Assembly (NCBI RefSeq): GCF_006345805.1
Contig: NW_021826453.1
Span: 1 to 12,809, forward strand
Length of the DNA: 12,809 bases
From: Octopus sinensis
Taxonomy: Eukaryota
Reading direction: 5' to 3'
A program made the position numbers and the translations under genes. Every line of letters begins with the position of its first letter. The stretch's first letter is position 1. The notes beneath the pieces are model-generated. The model did not search any database and had not been told where the DNA came from. It saw only the letters and a program-made list of their open reading frames with translations. Shown here piece after piece: positions 7,619 through 12,809 of this stretch.

Positions 7619-8027
7619 TCTTTTACTCTTTTACTTGTTTCAGTCATTTGACTGCGGCCATGCTGGAGCACCGCCTTTAATCGAGCAACTCGACCCCGGG
7701 ACTTATTCTTTTGTAAGCCCAGTACTTATTCTATCGGTCTCTTTTGCGGAACCGCTAAGTAACGGGGACATAAACACACCAGCATCGGTTGTCAAGCAAT
7801 GCTAGGGGGACAAACACAGACACACAAACACACACGTGCATATATATATATATATACATATATACGACGGGCTTCTTTCAGTTTCCGTCTACCAAATCCA
7901 CTCACAAGGCTTTGGTCGGCCCGAGGCTATAGTAGAAGACACTTGCCCAAGGTGCCACACAGTGGGACTGAACCCGGAACCATGTGGTTGGTAAACAAGC
8001 TACTTACCACACAGCCACTCCTGCGCC
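7618..8027 (-). mobile_element. Full-length, well-preserved SINE family B (tRNA head, CORE-like segment, internal TA/TG microsatellite, GTAAAAGA-repeat tail)
   Basis: On the minus strand: A-box TGGCTGTGTGG (8017-8007), B-box GGTTCAGTCCC (7974-7964), GTGGCACCTTGGGCAAGTGTCTT resembling the CORE-SINE motif GTGACCTTGGGCAAGTCACTT, tail ATGACTGAAACAAGTAAAAGAGTAAAAGAG. Confidence 0.92.
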
Positions 8028-8586
8028 TATAAATATATGTTTATCTGATAACTGTAGCTTCAGAACAATGAGTCCTTCTTTTACCAGCAAAAATAACGAT
8101 AGAAAAAAAACTCGGGTTGGTCACCGATGTCTTTTTTCTTTTTTCTTTTTTTTTATCATTGGTTCTGTCTGGTCCAGGTTCACTTTGAGACACACAACAA
8201 CCGCTGCCTCGATGTAAAGGAAAGATAGAGGAACGTCATAAAACCTTAACCTACAAGAAACAAAGATCTCACACGATTGATCCTTTGAGAAGAGTGAAGG
8301 ATAGGTCACCGACACTTGTAGAACAAAGTCAAGATAAATATGGAACAAGATAATGAATATGGAACAACACTGGAAGATAAGACGACTGAAATAATCTGTG
8401 CATATGCTGAGCTTTGATAATTCTGCAGTCGGCCGTGCACAGCCATGGAGACGGTATGGGCGTCTTTAATTAAGAATGAACATTAACGTATGACCTTAAC
8501 GAGTTTAAGTTTAAAATACTTAATATCCAATCTCCGTTTTGGTTTTTGAGACAATGAAGTGGTAAGTACAAGCGTTGGTTGTTGAC

Positions 8587-8987
8587 GGCGGCGAGCTGGT
8601 AGAAAGGTTAGCAGGCGGGCGAAATGCTTAGCGGCATTTCGTCTGAGTTCAAATTCTGCCGAGGTCGACTTTGCCTTTCATTCTTTCGGGGTCGATAAAT
8701 TAAGTACCAGTTACGCACTGGGGTTGATGTTATCAACATAACCCCTTTGTCTGTCCTTGTTTGTCCCCTCTGCGTTTAGCCTCTTGTGGGTAGTAAAGAA
8801 ATAGGTATTTCGTCTGTCGCTACGTTCTGAGTTCAAATTACGCCGAGGTCGACTTTGCCTTTCATTCTTTCGGGGTCGATAAATGAAGTACCAGTTACGC
8901 CCTGGGGTCGATGTAATCAACAAAATCCCTTTGTCTGTCCTTGTTTGTTCCCTCTATGTTTAGCCCCCTGTGGGCAATAAAGAAATA
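8587..8987 (+). mobile_element. SINE family A tandem dimer (8587-8803 plus 8804-8987), tail T3, in one TSD pair
   Basis: Two cores, each ending in CCCTTTGTCTGTCCTTGTTTGT...AAAGAAATA; flanks AAGCGTTGGTTGT (8570-8582) and AAGCGTTGCTTGT (8990-9002), 12/13 identical. Confidence 0.93.
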
Positions 8988-9645
8988 TGAAGCGTTGCTT
9001 GTGCTCAATGTAGTAGTTTATACTATGAGATTGAGTTCAATTCATGTGTTAGGATAAGAGAAATTCGATGGTTTGCCTTGATGCAAAAGTAGAACATCTC
9101 GTACGTTTCAAAAGCAAAAGATGTTGGGTCGAGTCCCAGGGGTAGCCTTTGAATTTTTCCATTCAAATGATATTTTAATCCAATTTTTACAATCTATTAT
9201 TTCCAGCTTTATCTATTTCGAATTCAACCATTGTAAACGAATCATTTCACGTGTCCCGAAGTTTCTAAATTCTCATGACGAACACAACATATAATTCTCG
9301 GTGGTAAAAACAATGCTTCTAAAATGGATAGAGAAATTCAAAAGATTGCTTTGCTCCAATGGTACAACGTCTGTCATGTTTAAAGAAGACAAAGGTTCAT
9401 GCCCAGTGGACAGCTTTCGACTTTTTCGAAAGTGTTTCTTAAACACGCTCTTATTTTTAGCTTTATTCATTTCGAGCTCCACCATTATATCCAAAATGGA
9501 GACAAGCAGTAATTTTTCTAAGTGATCGACTTGAAATATTGTTGACATTTTTTAAACATGAAACCAATGGTAGCCTTACTATACAAATAAAGAAACTTTA
9601 TTCACCAATGTTGTATTGAATGCTCATTTTCATTGTTCGATATTA

Positions 9646-9662
9646 ACACAGACAGACAGACA

Positions 9663-9705
<43 letters not shown>

Positions 9706-9723
9706 ACATACATAATACATACA

Positions 9724-9755
<32 letters not shown>
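9646..9755. repeat. (CAGA)n(CA)n(TACA)n compound microsatellite
   Basis: Direct reading. Confidence 0.95.
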
Positions 9756-10162
9756 CTTACTGCCTCACTTTTTTTCAGTGTTCAACTTGATTGAAATCAG
9801 AAATGACTCCGAGGAGAATAGCATTAATTTTCTTGGTCGTTCAGTTTTTCTCAACCAATCAATCGATAGGTCAACTGAGTAAACCAATCAATAAAGAACC
9901 AACAATGACTGCAAGAAACAGATGTAAAGTCAAATTCACAACAACAAAGAACTACGTCAAGACCATGGGTTTTGCAGTAAATCACTTAATCATCCATAAC
10001 TTTTGTATTATCCTCTCAAATTACACCGAAATCTCAGGCAATAACAAATAATATCGTATTTATTGTCTGTGAAAATTATAGAATATAAAAGAACTTTGAT
10101 AAAAAATTATATCTACTTTTCTGACGAAAACAATGCCGTTCAGAACATTTTGGCCGCAACTG

Positions 10163-10194
<32 letters not shown>

Positions 10195-10250
10195 TATATA
10201 TATCATATATATATATATAATATATATATATATATACACATACATACATA
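10163..10250. repeat. Interrupted (TA)n microsatellite
   Basis: Direct reading. Confidence 0.95.
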
Positions 10251-10455
10251 TAATAGATGAATATGGGACTAATAGGTTTATGTCAGACACCACTTTCTGT
10301 ACGAATGTACCTGATGTGACCCAGACTGTAAAACTGATGCAACACAATATGATGCACAGCATCCCAACCATAAGGGACAGTCGCAGGATGGATCGAAACG
10401 ATTGTCGTAAAAAATAAAGTTATACCAAATGCAGCTTTTGTTTCCTTAATCGATT

Positions 10456-10585
10456 ATTATTATTGTTGTTGTTATTGTTGTTGTTATTGTTATTATTATT
10501 ATTATTATATTATATTATTATTATTATATTATTATTATTATTATTATTATTATAATTATTATTATTATCATTTTAAGTTATTATT

Positions 10586-10620
<35 letters not shown>

Positions 10621-10674
10621 ATTATATTATTATTATATCATTATTATTATTATTATTATATTATTATTATTTTC

Positions 10675-10723
<49 letters not shown>

Positions 10724-10728
10724 CATTA

Positions 10729-10770
<42 letters not shown>

Positions 10771-10779
10771 TTATTATTA

Positions 10780-10817
<38 letters not shown>

Positions 10818-10838
10818 CATTATTATCATTATCATTAT
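10456..10838. repeat. (ATT)n trinucleotide microsatellite, about 380 bp, with GTT/ATC variants at the ends
   Basis: Direct reading. Confidence 0.97.
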
Positions 10839-11006
10839 GTTTCCTTCTTTCTTCAATTTTCTTCCGTTTCTTGTCGAGTGGTTTCCAACACCTAGAAGCA
10901 AGAAGCTCATTGTTGCATTCCCAGATCACACACGCAAATTCACAGAAAAAATATGTATTTAAAAATTAATAAATAAATAATTCATGGATGGATGTTGTTT
11001 TCACAG

Positions 11007-11075
11007 TTGATAGTGCTCTCTCAGTACATGAGCCGTTCCAGTTAACACAATTTTTTTGTACTTCCTGTAGGGATG
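11007..11075 (+). CDS. Candidate internal coding exon, 69 nt, phase 1-1, peptide xDSALSVHEPFQLTQFFCTSCRD(G); host gene unknown
   Basis: Acceptor TTGTTTTCACAG ending at 11006, donor G|GTAAGC at 11076, length a multiple of 3, one open frame whose phases match at both ends, non-repeat sequence. No homolog recognised. Confidence 0.35.
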
Positions 11076-11175
11076 GTAAGCCTGGAATAATTTTCAAATA
11101 GGTTTCAGTACCCTTTTTATCATTCCTAGAGATCCTACATCAATGGTACTGTAGTCGCCTTGAGATGCCACATTT

Positions 11176-11189
11176 TATTATTATTATTA

Positions 11190-11228
<39 letters not shown>

Positions 11229-11285
11229 CATCATCATCATCATCATCATCATCACATCATCATCATCATTATTATTATTATTATT
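11176..11285. repeat. (ATT)n(ATC)n(ATT)n microsatellite
   Basis: Direct reading. Confidence 0.96.
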
Positions 11286-11380
11286 GTAAACAGATAAGCA
11301 AGGACAGAAACAGGCAAAAAGTTTTAAACGACAAGTTATTCACGTTTTGCTTGAAGGATCTTGTATGGGTACACACATAC

Positions 11381-11398
11381 GTGTGTGCGTGTGTGTGG

Positions 11399-11441
<43 letters not shown>
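11381..11441. repeat. (GT)n microsatellite
   Basis: Direct reading. Confidence 0.96.
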
Positions 11442-11444
<3 letters not shown>

Positions 11445-11576
11445 CTAGTTCGAGCGCCTAACAAGGATGTGCCTGATATGAACAACAAGAATAAGAGCAA
11501 TCTACCCTGATCAAATTAATAAAGTTTTCGGCTTCGAATTCCAAGAACCTTATCAAATACGTCAAGCACATGAAGA

Positions 11577-11607
11577 GAACCAGAAAGTACAGCAGACGAA
11601 ATACTGA
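11577..11607 (-). mobile_element. Short fragment of a SINE family A head
   Basis: GAACCAGAAAGTACAGCAGACGAAATACTG resembles GAACTCAGAACGTAACGGCAGACGAAATACTG (12017-12048). Confidence 0.45.
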
Positions 11608-11661
11608 GACTATTATAAACATGATGAGAAGAATAGTCTGTATATATCAGTATTTAATACA

Positions 11662-11862
11662 GGTTTCAAATTTTGGCACAAGACCAGTAAATCTAGGGGC
11701 AGTGGGGAGAAGTCGGTTACAGCAAGCTCATTATTTAAATGCTACTTATTTTATTAACCCCGAAAGAATGTAAGGCCAAATCGGCCATGAAGGAATTTCA
11801 ACTCAGAAAGTGAAGACGGACGAAATGCCGCTTAGTAATACGCCGAGTGTGCATAACGATTC
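11662..11862 (-). mobile_element. SINE family A copy M3 (old, tail T2, starts at GAATCG inside the A-box)
   Basis: Minus strand GAATCGTTATGCACAC...GAGTTGAAATTCC...TGGTCTTGTGCCAAAATTTGAAACC. Confidence 0.8.
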
Positions 11863-12096
11863 TTATTTCTTTATTGCCCACAAGGGGATAAACACAGAAG
11901 GGACAAACAAGGACAGACAAAGGGATTAAGTCGATTACATCGACCCCAGTGTTTAACTGGTACTTAATTTATCGACCCCGAAAGGATGAAAGGCAAAGTT
12001 GACCTCGGCGGAATTTGAACTCAGAACGTAACGGCAGACGAAATACTGTTAAGCATTTCGCCCGGCGTGCTAACGCATCTGCCAGCTCATTCACCT
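11863..12096 (-). mobile_element. SINE family A copy M2 (well preserved, tail T3)
   Basis: Near-consensus core (reverse complement of TTTATCGACCCCGAAAGGATGAAAGGCAAAGTTGACCTCGGCGGAATTTGAACTC); tail matches 8733-8803. Confidence 0.93.
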
Positions 12097-12111
12097 TATA
12101 TCTGTATATAA

Positions 12112-12310
12112 CCATTTCTATTACAGGCACAAGGCCTAAAATTTTGGGAGAAGGAGCTAGTCGATTACATTGACTCCAGTTCTCAACTGGTACTTATTTT
12201 ATCGAGCCCGAAAGGATGAAAGGTAAAGTTGGCCTCGGCGGAATTTGAACTCAGAATGTAAAGCCGGGAAAAATATATCCAGCGTGCTAATGATTGTGCC
12301 AGCTCGCCGC
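12112..12310 (-). mobile_element. SINE family A copy M1 (tail T1)
   Basis: Minus-strand head GCGGCGAGCTGGCACAATC, core, tail TTAGGCCTTGTGCCTGTAATAGAAATGG. Confidence 0.9.
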
Positions 12311-12379
12311 AGAGATTATAAGGCGTGCGTCATAACTGTTCTTTTGTTTATATTTATAAAGTATTGTGTCATGAACAAA

Positions 12380-12809
12380 TTCCAACTGTTCTTTCAGTTG
12401 ACGGCACGCATTTAGTTGTGACTGTTTTTGATCTTCTGAGAACAAACGGGGCACAAATTTTACTGCAACTCTTTTCATTTGCAATTCCTCGCTCAAAATT
12501 CGTGGGCAGAAGCTCCAGGACACACCAGTCGTATCAACAAATGTGTCAGTTGTTCAGCGACGGTCCTCTAAGATTAATTCATGAATTTTCGTGATGTTTA
12601 TTTTTTCGTTCGGGAGATCGACGGTCGCCCTACACGAGATTGGTCTTCAAGCGACAAGTAACCATTCCCAAAGCGTGAAAACCACTCGTAAACTTGTGCT
12701 TTGCTCATGGCAGCGTCCTTGAAAGCTTCCTGAAGCATAACAGCTGTTTCAGCCGCCGTTGTCTCCAGCAGAAATCAGAATTTCACGGAAGCACGCTATC
12801 CCTCTGTTC
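12380..12809 (-). pseudogene. Decayed mariner (Tc1/mariner) transposase, N-terminal HTH DNA-binding region, running off the window end
   Basis: Hand translation: EQR..VKF*FLLETTAAETAVMLQEAFKDAAMSKAQVYEWFSRF...EDQSRVGRPS, frameshift, NITKIHELILEDRR*...ILSEELQMKRVAVKFVPRLFSEDQKQ. GRP and KFVPRL (WVPHEL equivalent) are established mariner motifs; two in-frame stops plus frameshifts. The catalytic DD34D domain is absent. Confidence 0.92.

Noticed and set aside
8189-8352. Open frame QPLPRCKGKIEERHK...DKYGTR and the AATATGGAACAA direct repeat (about 8336-8375)
   Set aside because: No convincing acceptor/donor pair in frame and no recognised homology; the repeat is a small local duplication.
8551-8567. 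Perfect donor G|GTAAGT at 8562
   Set aside because: The upstream acceptors give either an 11-nt segment or a 133-nt segment closed in all frames.
9071-9144. Degenerate tRNA-like segment with TTGGG-TCGAGT-CCCAG T-arm
   Set aside because: 6-nt T-loop, no A-box or anticodon arm; at most a decayed SINE head.
9273-9548. Overlapping 91-aa (-) and 74-aa (+) ORFs in unique sequence
   Set aside because: No recognisable domain, and the lengths are within chance expectation; a BLASTx would be needed to exclude a decayed transposon or an exon.
10280-10417. 45-aa + strand frame MSDTTFCTNVPD...DCRKK
   Set aside because: Short, no motif, weak acceptor.
11482-11607. Open frame RIRAIYPDQINKVFGFEFQEPYQIRQAHEENQKVQQTKY
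   Set aside because: No good acceptor; its 3' end is an antisense SINE A head fragment.
12287-12594. 78-aa (-) and 89-aa (+) ORFs as functional genes
   Set aside because: The first is one frame of the broken mariner pseudogene running into flank; the second is its antisense.

Overview
Eukaryotic, repeat-saturated, AT-rich DNA, most likely intronic or intergenic sequence of a coleoid cephalopod (probably Octopus). That assignment is from my recall of the SINE sequences and the microsatellite density, not from a search. By hand tally about 25% is long microsatellites [(CAT)n, (CATC)n, (CA)n, (TACA)n, (ATT)n], about 30% tRNA-derived SINEs of three families, and about 6% DNA transposon remnants (one intact hAT-type MITE, two mariner fragments). 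No complete protein-coding gene is supported; almost all listed ORFs are microsatellite or SINE artefacts. One 69-nt in-frame + strand exon candidate (11007-11075) has good splice sites. The most notable structure is SINE 'family A' (core GAGTTCAAATTCCGCCGAGGTCGACTTTGCCTTTCATCCTTTCGGGGTCGATAAA): 13 of about 14 copies sit in three tight head-to-tail arrays, carry three interchangeable 3' tails, and twice show a junction at the same point inside the Pol III A-box. This suggests self-targeting or multimer-forming retroposition.
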